Assembly (NCBI GenBank): GCA_001949185.1
Contig: BDGG01000021.1
Location: 24,817 to 88,816 of the forward strand
DNA from: Ramazzottius varieornatus
Lineage: Eukaryota; Animalia; Tardigrada
Reading direction: 5' to 3'
Length of the DNA stretch: 64,000 bases
Shown here: one piece after another, positions 1-11,777 of the stretch
Layout: each line of letters starts with the position of its first letter
Numbering within the stretch: position 1 is the stretch's first letter
Made by a program: the position numbers and the translations under genes
Notes under the pieces: model-generated
Told to the model about the DNA's origin: nothing
What the model saw: the letters and a program-made list of their open reading frames with translations, nothing else
Database searches by the model: none

Positions 1-832
1 AAGTTGGACAGTTGTTGGCTTCTTTTGCTCTTACCTTTCTTTCTCCTATAGGCACAATTTTCAGAGGCAGCTGTAGCTCAACTCAATCCTTCTTGTTGAA
101 GGGTTCAAAGTGTTGTGAGTGAAGACACAGAAGAGTAATGTTTCGGTTTTATCCATCTGACCGTGGAGTGATATGGAGGTCGGTCGGAAGATTTACGTTA
201 GTTTTTTGTCTTCTCTTGAACGATAGCTGCTTCATGTTGTAATTTTAGAGCCATTCTTCGGAATGCGCAGTGTACATTCCTCTCTTGTTGATTTACCTTT
301 GATGTTCTGGTTTGTTCTATCCACAAGTTATTGACGTAATTTGACTCTGATAGTTTTCCTTCGTGGAAAATATTCCGAATAAAATGAGTTATCAGGAGCC
401 TGCAAACGAGGTGTCTCAGGACTGAGATCCCAAGTTGCGCACGCTGGCGGGTAAAAACAGTGGTAACATGCGCCACTTGATCACGATCCTGTGCGCTTCG
501 TTTGCCGGCCTCCTAATTCGAGAATTCACTACTTTGTGCCGACCTTGTACATCAGTGAGCACTTATAAGACAAAAACTTGAGAAGGTGTTATAACTTAAG
601 TAAAACTACGACGACAGGAAATTGCACTGATTTCAGGCATCCCAAAGACGGCGCAGAGATCTCTTGGAAAGAACAGAACAAAAGAAGCATTTTTTCCCAA
701 GAAGAGAAGTGAACTTCGCAGTTTCATCCCCATCTGTGGAGGGGCCAAACATACAAAGCGGAACCAGCCGTAGAAGAGAGAAACAATCGTACCTTATATC
801 AATAACATTAAAAACTTCATCAGATATCGCTT

Positions 833-3800
833 TCACTCTACAGGATGGCCCGTTAAACTGAGGCCACGAGCAATGTGGAAGCTGTCACGCGCGGCACTTC
901 GAAGGCTCTTGAACATAGCCAATCGCGGCTTGGGCTTATTCTCCGTCACACACGCCGCCAAGATGGACTCTTCACTCGTCGAGTTGGTGAAACGGTCGGC
1001 GTACACGTCCGGATACGACTTCTGAAACTATAAAAACAGACCCAGATAAGCAAACATCAAACCGAACATTTTATTCCTCAAGAAATTCAGAAACATTTTC
1101 ATGATTGTTTTCAGGTTTCTGGTTCCTTTAGGCTTTCTCCAACAAATAAAACCACAAAAATCGTTTTCACAAGCGGCCCACGCACTTAGCTAATATCAGG
1201 TGCGGAAGGGGGNNNNNNNNNNNNNNNNNNNNNNNNNNNNNNNNNNNNNNNNNNNNNNNNNNGTCTGTACTGTAAGAGCATAGGGGAAGAGAAAAGATAT
1301 GCTCTCCGCAGCCATTTTTTGCAACCACTCTGGAGGAAATTGTTCTTTCTCGTTGGAGGTGCTCCGATTTTCCGACATGGTGATCATCCTTCAGTATAGG
1401 TTCGCTCTTCCTGGTGTGTGAAGGTTAGTCTCCAGTTCCACCTCCCGCAGTTTTGCGACAGCGTTTTGTTCGATGTGCACCCTAGAGCTGACTTGCAACA
1501 CTGGTGTTTTGAGTCGATTGAATAACTTCGTTTAGTGAACGGCGTGTGTTATCATCGCTATTCCCTGTACTAAAGAGGTCTAGTCTCCGGCTACCGTTAC
1601 GTCGGGCAAAATGACTTCGCAGGGGTCTAGACGGTGAAATTCCAACCAGACAGTAACCAAAATTTTCCTTTGGTGCCACTCGGGCTTCGAAATTTTCCGC
1701 GGTATTTCCGCTTTCGAAATATTCCCTTTTTTGCTTCAGAATGTCCTATAGAGCCCATTTATTGTTACTGGCAACAATGCGATCTGAAATCGGTTCGCTC
1801 ACGTTCAGAGCCGGGAGGGTAAAAGAAAGGCAAAACTCTGCGTCATTTGTAAGGTGCGCGCGCCAAACGGGGTATCCGATTTTCTAAAAGCCCATCCCGG
1901 ATTTAGGGAGACACTTTAATGTCTCGTAATGATATTACAAGAGTTAGGGGAGAATCTGATTCAACAAAGTCCCCGAGCACGTTGTTGACCACTACCAATT
2001 TCGGTTTTCCGTAGGGATTACTTCGGAGGAAACAATTTCCAGAACGGAGGCGAATCACTCAATCTCCTACGGTACACAAGTTAGCTGCTATCTTTTGAAA
2101 ACTTCAGCAGATCTTCGTGCCCGTGTGGGATGCGTTGGCGCCTCAGAAAAATTCATAGTGTTTAATGACCCAAAACTCTGGTTATTCACGATTCCGACAA
2201 AACTATTCCTGCTTGTCTGCAGAGCTGAAGAACTCAGAACAGTAGGATGCCAAACGATAGCCCGGACTTGGCAAAGTAACAAAAAAAAGACTTCAGGACG
2301 AAAGAACAAGGGGGAGAGTAACCATGATTTTCTGAAGTTGACGTGTTCCCAGGAGTAACAAGTCATACTTCCGCACCTGATAACGATGGAAACGTGCGCC
2401 ACTCAAGATGATAATCCAGGTGAAATCCTTTGGCGATGTCTTGCGAATTCTCTGTGAATATTTTTGAGAAAAAAAATTTGGATTTTTGGCAAAATTTTTG
2501 AAGTTTGTTCGAAATTAGCTGGATTTTGTTTTTATTCCGGAGGCGGTAAATTAAGTGCGATAGATTAAGATAGAGGTAGAGTATGTTCTTCCCGGGGATG
2601 TTTATATATGTTTGTCCGTTTGATTTACCAGCAGGAGGCGTTTGCGTTTTTCTTTGAGATCCATGACGGTATCCGTGACGATATTATTCAAGAGTTGTGT
2701 CATGTGTTGGTGTAGATGTGCGTTCTTTTGTGCTTGATACTCGCTAGTGGTTATTCTCTTGCAGAAGGCCGCTTCGATGCCATGCGTCTTCATGATCATC
2801 TCCACTTTGGCCCTGAAGCCCTCCACCGGCTGGGAGATCTCCGCCCGATGGAGGATCATGAAAGACAGGAGGCGGACACCCAGTGCGGCCCCGACCTCCT
2901 CCAGAATGATGGGCGCGAAGCAGTGCGTAACCTGCAAGACGAACAGGGAAAGATGACACCTTGCCATGTAAGCTCGTCACAACAACTGTCTAATGCTCCT
3001 CCGACGGACGTCACAACAAGCCCTCGTAACACCATTTTCCACTTACGAAATCTTGCGTCGTTAGGTTCTCCGAGAAGTGCAGCTGATTGCTTTTAAAGAT
3101 TTGCTCGAACATGCTCAACAACACATCCAACTGTCCTCTGCAAAACAACACGATATCGCACAACAGAAATACTGTAGATATCAAGGTTCCGGTCAATATG
3201 AACACTGACAACCGAACCCATGTTTCTGTTGAACAGAAACCAAGGTAGTCCTAACAGGGCAACAGTGCAAGTCTACCCTGGTTTCAGCTCGATTGGTCCA
3301 ATCTCAGTACTTTAAGGAAACAGAGTTCCGTGAAGAGAGCAACCATACAAATCCACCCCCGTTTCTATCCCGAAGGTCCAAACCCGAGAAACTGTAGGGG
3401 AACCACAAAGTAAAAATCTTTTTTACGAAAGACTGAAGAACTTACAAGTTTTTAGGGTTCTCGGCCAAGAGAATCAGCTGTATGGAGCGCACCAGTTCAG
3501 GACAGGAAGGTGAAATGGGAAGCTGGAATCCGCTCCAGTCAATTTCCGGCAGACCTTTGCCGATCGGTGTGAAATACTGGTCCCCAGACTCCACTTCTCC
3601 GTAACTGTCGTCACGATAGCCGGGGTTCAGCTTCTCCAAGCTCACACTGTCCCCGACACCGTCAAGCACCACAGCGCCTGGAAATGAAGAACGGTGAACG
3701 GTCGAAGTTGCCGAGGAGAAACTTCCGCAACGCTCGCAAACTTCCGTCCTGAAAAATAAAGAACCATGAAATGGGAAAAAACCCCAGAAATACCCACACA

Positions 3801-6800
3801 TATTCTACTAAAAAATTCAAATGAAAGTTTTCCAGCAAACTTTTCAGCTTGTAAATTTAATTTCATATTCTCCCTACTTTTTCATGATGCAGTCGGCGCT
3901 CTCCGATCGACATTCGCCCGACATGCTGCCATTCAGCGCCAAGCCTGCATTCTCCATGTTGGGGAAGAGACTACTGGATCTGGGGCGTTTGCGGACGAGG
4001 CGGGTTTCGGGGATGGTTCCGGCGAAGGCCGTCTCCAGGCAGACGTCTGGGAAGCTGCAGCGACGGTTGGCGCCTTTGAGAATGTCCAGCATGAAGCTCT
4101 CGACAGAAGACGACGAATCCACCGCCATACTGTCTCGCTTCTCGGACGAAGGCATCAAGAGTTCTACAAGAAACAAGGGAGATTAGAAGCTAATCAGTGC
4201 ATTCAATGGTCGGAATTTCTGCAGCCATCGATTGTGGATTGACGAGGATCACATGGGGGATTATGTGGATCACGTGACGTCAGTGGAACAAGATATTGAC
4301 CTGAATAAAAGCGGCTAGACGATGGTGGAAAAGAATCCCACGCTAAAGTGAGGAAATGCCTCTCACCGTCCAAATAACCATACATGAAAAAAATCGCTTC
4401 AGACCTTAAATTCGCCGGAAAGAAATTCCAAGCCTTTTCCGCCCATCTTTTCTATCCACACTTGTTCGTCGATAATTGCGGGGGTATTTTTTTCCAGGAA
4501 ATTTGGAAGCTGGACATACAAACTCGACAAGACTGTCGTCCCAAGTGGCGCACAATCGCAATGTCATTGAGTGGAAACGTGGGCCGCTTGAGCAAGCGAC
4601 AACAGCGAGTTTTCTTGTTCCCTGAAGTGGCGCAAGTTTACGGTGTTCCTAGCTGAGAGGCTGCGCCATTTGGGAAAACGATCGTCTCGAGTTTGTCGGC
4701 CCCTGTCCCATATTATTGCGGCTTTATTCTCATATCATTTGTAATTCTATCCGACGAGCGCTGGTGATAAGAAAGTACCTACCGAAGCTTTTTTTGAGCA
4801 ATTCGGCGACGGGAAGACTGATGAGGGGCTTCTCGAGTCCCCTCAGCCAGGCTTCGACGACGTGAAGAAGGCAGCGTTCGAAGCCAGGTGTGCAAGGCAC
4901 TCCTTTGGGAGTGTCGGGCCCTGACAAGCAAAGAACCAAATACTAATAAACCGGCAAACTGGCACTTCGGACCGAACTTATGACGGTAATGTTAACAATA
5001 ATGACAAGGCCACATGTGTGTGCTTACATCTCTCCAGCGCGTCGATGGCTGAGCGCACAAAGTCGGGAATGGCCTCCTTCTTATTATGACTACTCTGGCT
5101 ACTGTTTAGTGTGTTGGCAATAACGTGGTTGACATCAATGCTGGCCACAATGTCAGCGGCGGAGTCTAGCCGGAGCAGCTTGGCCAGGTCGGTGAAGAAT
5201 TCGTTCAACCACACATCTTCCGCCGTCACCTTCTTCTCGAGACTATTCTCTGCCGAGAAGGAGGAGGCTGGTTTTGTGTTGTGGCCATTGTAGCTGGACA
5301 GGGGTCGAATGGCTTTGTCTGCGCGGGCAGAAAAGCGATACAGTGTCGAGTCGCTCTTGAAGGAGAGACTACCGTTGCTACAAGCCTCCTTTCCCACTGC
5401 TTCAAAGGCTTGGTGCTGGTACAGCCGATCCAGCATCTTGACGGCAATCTCCCTGCAAGGAAGAAATCAACCACCATCAGGCCGGCGTCAATGACCGATA
5501 ATTGACTGCTATATCCCATCCAGGCGCACCAACCATTCCATAAAATTACACCGATTATGCCCAATCTGTCACACATTACGTGGCAGTCCATTGGCCAGAT
5601 GACATTACTAGCATAACCACGTAACGAGGTTACATGACGTCACATGACTCAGATCCTTCGATCTGCAGTCAGTGCCAGTCACTGGACCGTTGAATATACA
5701 GTAATTGATCCAACATTAAGGGCTTACAACGAATAAGCTGGCTTGGTGGTGTAATTACACCAGTTATTTTGGTGGATACGCCCAGAAAAATTTTTCTACC
5801 AGTTAGGAAAGCGGTGTAACGGCTCGCTTTGAAAGCCCCGCACTGCAGGTAAGTACGATTGGACGGTTATAAGATCTTTGATGTCCAATGTACCAAAAAA
5901 ATAACCGTCGAAAATGGGTCGGATGGACAGGCGGAGCCTCGGTTTTGTTGAGCCAATCGAAAACTACTTGATTGGGGATTGATTAGATGTAAACAAATTG
6001 TGATTCCATTTGCATTTGGTTCCTTGCGTTTACGGACTTCCGAGTTAGAACTTCTTATGTACAGCTCGATGATGACACCCGGAAAGCTGATTGATCCAGA
6101 TCTAGTGGCGGTAACTTTCAGTTATTATAAAGAAAGCCCGTGTCGCGAGGAGGATCAAAAAGATCCGCTCATGGGTTTCGGAGGTTCTGCGCAACGACGA
6201 TCCGAATACCAACGAGAGGAAAGTCAAGAAACCCAGAGGACGACCTAGGATTACCACCCCGGATCAAGACCAAGACATCCTGAGCTTCGTGAGTGCCAAC
6301 CGTGAACTGAGCGGAGTAAAAATTGCGGCCGAGCTTGGAATGAATCGTCAAACCCTACTCAACCGACTCCACGAAAACCATATCCGACGATCTAAAGCTA
6401 TACTGAACGGACTCACACCTTCTCATGGAAAATCGCGTGAACTGGTGTCTGTATTATCTCGAACAGTACGCTAATAACCCAGGTGTTTTCGGAAATATTT
6501 CACGGATGAAGTTCGCTTTGACGTACACGGAGGTCGACTGGAGGTACGTGTACGAATTCAGATTATTTCTAAATTGCTGAAGTCAAATTTGTGTATTTGA
6601 TGCGCCCTTCAAGACGTTCTGCTTTTTCCTAGATGTGGTATTTCCCGGGGGAGAATCAAACGGATATAGACCTTCAACCTGGCACATCCGTACTGACACA
6701 GGGTGGCTACATGTACGGGGGGAGCGATCTCAGAAACAGGTGCCGTTGCGCTCGTTCGTGTGGACGGTAACGAAGATTCGGAGAAGTATACAGAAATCGT

Positions 6801-8206
6801 TTTCGATCATCTGGTGCCATACCTGGACAAGTAAGGACATGACAAGGAACTACTGCAGGATGGTTCATCGGTCCAAACTTCTAACCATACGGGGAGCTTT
6901 CTCGAGCACGAAGGTTTCATTATCGTTCCTTGGGCCGCAAAATCTCCCGATCTAAATGTGATCGAGAACGTGTGGGGCCTGATGAACCAATATATCGTCA
7001 AAAGAGATCCGAAAACCCTGGAAGAGTTCGACCGCTATGTTAAAGAAGCCTGGGAAACTTTGGTCACATCAGATTATTGTAGGAAGCTAGTTGGATCCAT
7101 GGTTAGTCTATGCAACAAGTGCATCCTGAACAAAGGTGCTCGGATCCCGTATTGATGGCTGCGGTCAACGGTTGGAATTTCCCATTGGTTTCCTTACCAT
7201 TCAACTTGTGCAGTAACTGGCTCAACAAACATAGTACCGCCTACCGTCCCGCCCGTTTTCGATGGTTATTTTTTTGGTACATTGTCGGAGGAACCACCAT
7301 ACACTGACCAGTTGGACGAGTAGCAAAAAACTTCATCATGGAAGTGACATTTAAAAGTTTGGAGGGGAGCACAGCGCACTTGCGATGTTGGTTAAGTCTG
7401 GTGTAATTACGAGTCGTTCCGGAGCGACTCGTAATTACACCGAAAGTGTAACGTCTGGTGGAATGAATAGGCCAATCGTAAGGGTGTGAGTGGAGCCAAT
7501 TACACCAGCGTTGTGATTCCACCAGCGTTGTAATCTATCTTTGTAAGCCCTTATTCAGCCAGGTTTCGAGCCAGAGACGTAATTCAATTCAATGCAACCT
7601 GTGACGTCAAACTACCACTTTCGGTACACAGGCAACATACGGTGCCAGATTGGGTCTGGGTGTGGTTTTGAAATCAACGAAAGACGTCATGCGCTAATTT
7701 CGATCTGTTTTGGTTTTCGTAATTTGGAATTTTTAACTGAATTTACCGTGTGGATCGATCGCTGAAATTGGGGTTTCTCTTGAGGTATTCCTCCATCCAG
7801 TCGACGGCGTCGGAAGCCATGAAGCAATTATCGTACTTTTGGAGCTTTTTACGATGGTTGCGGATGGGCATATTGGTGGTGAAATCGGTAGCCACCATAT
7901 TCCACTACAAAGGAGAAAAGACAAAGGCGTTAGTGATATAGCTCATCTGTCCTCCAGGGTTGACTTCGTTTCTTCGTTCCGTTCCCATCAGTTGACTTTT
8001 GACAGTCGCTGCCGCCAGAAATCATGTTGACAACCGGATGAACCTTTTCCGCTCCACTGATTCCGCTCTCACAATTGTCACTTCCAACTTCACCGATTGA
8101 AACTAATTACGCCCCAAAATAAATCCTCATCTTGAAATTCGTTGCGTGAATCTTATCTCACCAAACGTGTCGCCCGGAATGGACTTCCATGCTGAATTTT
8201 CTCCAT
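833..8206 (-). CDS. DEPDC1: DEP domain-containing protein 1 (DEPDC1/LET-99 family; DEP + RhoGAP-like), about 9 exons
   Basis: Spliced reconstruction: MEKIQHGSPFRATRL (ATG 8206) | WNMVATDFTTNMPIRNHRKKLQKYDNCFMASDAVDWMEEYLKRNPNF (DEP domain) | ...SDSTLYRF... | PGFERCLLHVVEAWLRGLEKPL | ...GVRLLSFMILHRAEI...FCKRITTSEYQAQK...LKEKRKRL | KSYPDVYADRF...FKSLRS...stop at 833. Matches the recalled DEPDC1 motif order (PYRATKLWNE, GFERDVF, LKEKRKKL, FRSLRS). GT-AG junctions are visible. Confidence 0.9.
1213..1262. other. Assembly gap (50 N) inside the last DEPDC1 intron
   Basis: Run of N in the sequence. Confidence 1.
4520..4694. repeat. Palindromic MITE family A (about 85-90 bp unit, often a tandem dimer); representative copy
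   Basis: Consensus approx. AAACTCGACAAGATCGTTTTCCCAAGTGGCGCA-N20-30-TGCGCCACTTGGGAAAACGATCTTGTCGAGTTT. Further copies near 430-480, 2390, 10180-10270, 12340-12465, 16720-16800, 23010-23060, 23540-23605, 24570-24730, 25765-25910, 26880-27025, 32880-33045, 33445-33475, 35140-35300, 35970-36070 and 45430-45490. Confidence 0.85.
5719..7551 (+). mobile_element. Tc1-family DNA transposon (DD34E), defective, in DEPDC1 intron 2
   Basis: TA|AGGGCTTACAA ... TTGTAAGCCCT|TA termini; repeated GTAATTACACC subterminal motifs; HTH remnant LSGVKIAAELGMNRQTLLNRLHE; FTDEVRF; LLQDG-(34 aa)-SPDLNVIENVW. Frameshifts and an in-frame TAA near 6834. Confidence 0.93.
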
Positions 8207-9014
8207 ATTCCAACGGAACCGTTGGGTCGTTGTGACAGTTGGTAATCCACGAAAAGATCAAGGCAAAGGCTTCAAAAAAACGGATGACGAATTAAACAGA
8301 AGTATATTAATTTCAACGATGGGCGAAATCCAACTTCGGATCCTTGTCTTGTAGCCGGCAAAAGTAGGATAGTAGGATCGCTTGCGTGTTGTCATTCCTG
8401 TCCGTAACCCATGTTGACATACATCGGGCTCACTTAGGTCAGGAAAAATGTCCGGATCATATTTCTGCAAAAGAGTGGAACAAGAGCTCGTTCGCCAGCC
8501 CTAATGAAATAAACCCAGCTGGATTATTCTGTCGACGGCAGCTGGCTGGCAAATAAATAATTTTCTGGACAGCAGGGCGTGGCTTCGATTGATCAGCCAA
8601 TGAACGATCGGTGAACAACTATAAAGCCAATTATTAACACAGTGGGTAGACGCACGAATGTCACTGGTAGTTGATAAACGGAAGGGGTGGTTTATTGTGG
8701 ATGAGGAGGGCGGGGATAATTTTGTAACGTGAGATATCAACAAGAAAGCCAGGAAACAGGTTCCACATCAGGGATGATGTCTGTCCCCGATGGTTATCGA
8801 AGGATCGTCCATTGATTTACGTGTGTTGCTGTTGCCGGAAGAACTGGCCGAAGGGATGAACCGGGCGAGTGGATGACGTCGATTTTGCCGTAGCGAAGCT
8901 GTACACCTGGTAAGTGACGTCCTTTTCCCAGCATGTTATATCAATGGACTTCAATGTTCTCTTCCTGTTTACACCTTGTGAATCATCCATTAGAATAAAT
9001 ATAGCCTGCTGACA

Positions 9015-11618
9015 ATGTTACTCGAAGGACCCCTCAGCAAGTGGACGAACGTTATGCAAGGCAAGAAAGGCTCGGTCTGGGATTTTGTGAATGAAACGAG
9101 AGTAATGTCTTCCTGACCTAAAAGTGCTTCCTTTTTTGGCTGTTTTTAGGATGGCAATATCGTAAGTAGCTTTCCGCCTTCTGCTCCAATTCTTTCCAAG
9201 GCTAGTGCTCATCTGTTGCCCCCTCCCCTTTCCCAAGGCTGGTTTGTCCTGGATGAGTACCATGGACTGCTGCTTTATTATACTGTGAGTTGATCAGAAA
9301 GGATCTAACCTAGAATCCCCAAAACTCTAAAATATTATTATATCCCCAGTGTGATTGATTGTAAATGACATTGATTGGTGGCTTTGATGCCACTGCAGGG
9401 AGGACATACTGTCTGACATGGCAGTCTTGATGTCAGAGTCATGTCACAGTTGTGTTATATTGCCGAGCGCTAAAACCGAAACCTTGTCTGTCTGTTTCCT
9501 CCGCTTCGACTTCCGCCGAAGAATCTTATCTTCTGACAACGTCATTGACACTGATGCTTATTTGTCTTTGTAGTCCAAGGACAAGATGTTGAAAGGACAG
9601 CGGCGTGGATTAGTGAGGTAAGATTGTGTAAGATGAACTGATGGAGGAATTACGAGATCCTGTTTCTATTCTCGGTGATCGATGGTCTTGAGAACTTGCT
9701 GACAATTATGCCTGTCTTACAAATGGCCGGAAGCCATGGTTGGGGCTGGATGTGGCAGTTTGATGAATGTCCTTTTGATCAACTTACAGGCTGAAAGGCG
9801 CCATTATCGGGATCGATAGCGAGGACGACTCGACCTTCACCATCAAAGTCGACCATAAAACATTCCACTTCCAGGGTAAGCCTCTTTACTCTCACAGCTC
9901 CATTCATGTCCAGAGTACGTCACGCTGTAGACTCATTCCACATTGATCACACATCATTAATGCGGGGTTGTACTTTACTTCCGGTTTGTCCTCTTTTGCA
10001 GCGCGTGACGCGGATGAACGAGAACAGTGGACCCGAGCTCTGGAAGCCGTCATACGCCAACAAAATCAAGGTGGTCGCCAGGTGCTTTATCAGCTTTCCA
10101 CTCTATATTGCACTAGGTTGTTGAATGTTCATAACAGTGGTCTCTGAAACTGCGTTCTGGGAGCAAGAGCTCACAGCAGAGCTTGACAGAATCATCTGCC
10201 CAAGTGGCGCTCGTTTCCAGTGTTAACGGAAGAAAGCGTGCGCCACTTGGAAAATCGATCTTGGCGAGCTCCCAACTAAGTCCATGAAGTTTCCACGCTG
10301 ATTTTTTTACCTTCGGAATTTCGCCAATAGTTTTCTTGGGTTTTCATTCTCAGAATTTCGCTCAGCGATATCGACCAAACATTCCTGAGTTTGAGAAGCG
10401 GATCGCGGAGAGTGACGCCTACTTGAAAATCCTCTTGGAGCAAATCAAGGTTGGTCTTTGCCTCGTCATTGATAATCTCATTAGTGTGTTTTACACGCGG
10501 AAGTGAGTGACTCCCTTTGCGTTACACGCCATTCCCTCATAACTGGTTGAGGTTTTTGGGGATGAGCGGCTGGAACAACGCGGCTTGATCGAGCGAAAAA
10601 GGTTGCCACAATCGATGGTAGTTTCCCAGTTCGGCTCGCTCAGGATTGAGATTACCACCGCCTGATTGAACTTCTCGCGTGTTCTATGAGTGCCTTGCGT
10701 GTGGTGAAGGTTTCATGTGCTTGGCAGAATTTCAAAGTGAAACGCGAGTCAATGAAGGGCACCAGCCGCGTCAAATTAGACGCTATCATCAGTTCGGCCG
10801 AACAAATGTGCGAGTACATTAAACACGCGCTTATTGTTCTCCAGATCGCTAAGGTACGTCACACAATCTCTGCACTCCCTCACAAAAAATTTTCTTTGTT
10901 CATCAAAAATCTTCAGAAGCTTTGGGCGAGAAGAAGGCTTCAAGCTGTTCACGAGAAGGTTTTTGGCGCCTCAGCTATTTCTGCCTTTTTCTACGAGGTA
11001 CTAGTCAGGGCCGTGCTCGGCGAAGGCTTGACAGGCATTTTGCAGGAAAAGGGCAGAATGAGCTCGGCGTCCGAAACAGCTCTTTTAGTGACTGCTGAAA
11101 AATCTGCACTGACCCCAAACATCATTCCGGGTTTTTCTGAATATTGGCAGATATATAGACAAGACCATGATGAAAATATTCTGCATTTGTTCCTGGTAGT
11201 TTTCCGGAAATTGAGTCGTTTGACAGGCTCGTTGTGACATTTCCCTAACCTTTGCGTGTTATCCTATCTCCCACAGAACGAATGCCTGAATCCCCCGACG
11301 GGTTTTGAGGAGACTCCCTTGGCGGAGATTGACTTGAGCGATCTGGCAGGCAAAGTGTCAGTCAGTCGGTTGTCCGAGTCGGGAGACAGCGAAGCGGGCA
11401 TCGGCAGCAACAGCCTGTCCGCACGCGAAGGTGATTTGCCCTCCGCTGCTCGACGATTGCTCAAGGATCAAGGCCGTCAGGAGTCCTCAGACTCGCGAGG
11501 CCTTCCTCACGTCCTCCCCTGGACGTCTTACAGCAGCGACGACGAGTTCTACGACGCCGAAGATACCTTCGACAGCAATGCTAATGCTACACGCGACAAT
11601 AACGAGCTGATAGCTTAG
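9015..11618 (+). CDS. OSBPL9: OSBPL9/ORP9-like protein: PH domain + helical region + FFAT motif, with no ORD domain
   Basis: [16 protein letters not shown]|WQY|[16 protein letters not shown]|[15 protein letters not shown]|[28 protein letters not shown]|[10 protein letters not shown] closely matches the recalled ORP9 PH domain; then [32 protein letters not shown] and [13 protein letters not shown] (FFAT); TAG at 11616-11618. Confidence 0.9.
10960..11075. repeat. Fold-back MITE family B in an OSBPL9 intron
   Basis: Arms TTCTGCCTTTTTCT ... AGGAAAAGGGCAGAA around a central AGGGCCGTGC; aligns with the reverse complement of 14780-14880. Confidence 0.6.
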
Positions 11619-11777
11619 TGACATTTTACTGCCTTTCCTGATTCTGATACAGCACGGTGTGGTGGAGAAAGGTTAGTCTACAAAGGAGTTATAAAAGAGG
11701 AAACAATGTACAGTACAAGGTTTAGAATATTAACTTGTGCTTCAAATGCAGCAGAGTTATCCCGTTACGCCTAACAT

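Noticed and set aside
1790-1960. CxxC peptide (KLCVICKVR) as a transposase zinc finger
   Set aside because: Too short, interrupted by stops, with no catalytic motifs or termini identified.
3766-4242. Plus-strand ORFs of 158 and 121 aa
   Set aside because: Antisense shadows of a DEPDC1 exon bounded by minus-strand splice sites.
8265-8280. TTTGAA (CHR-like) motif upstream of DEPDC1
   Set aside because: A 6-mer expected by chance; the transcription start is unknown, so it cannot be supported.
10686-11237. 183-aa ORF as a single exon
   Set aside because: Only about 10728-10853 matches ORP9; a GTACGT donor follows and the rest is intron containing a fold-back repeat.
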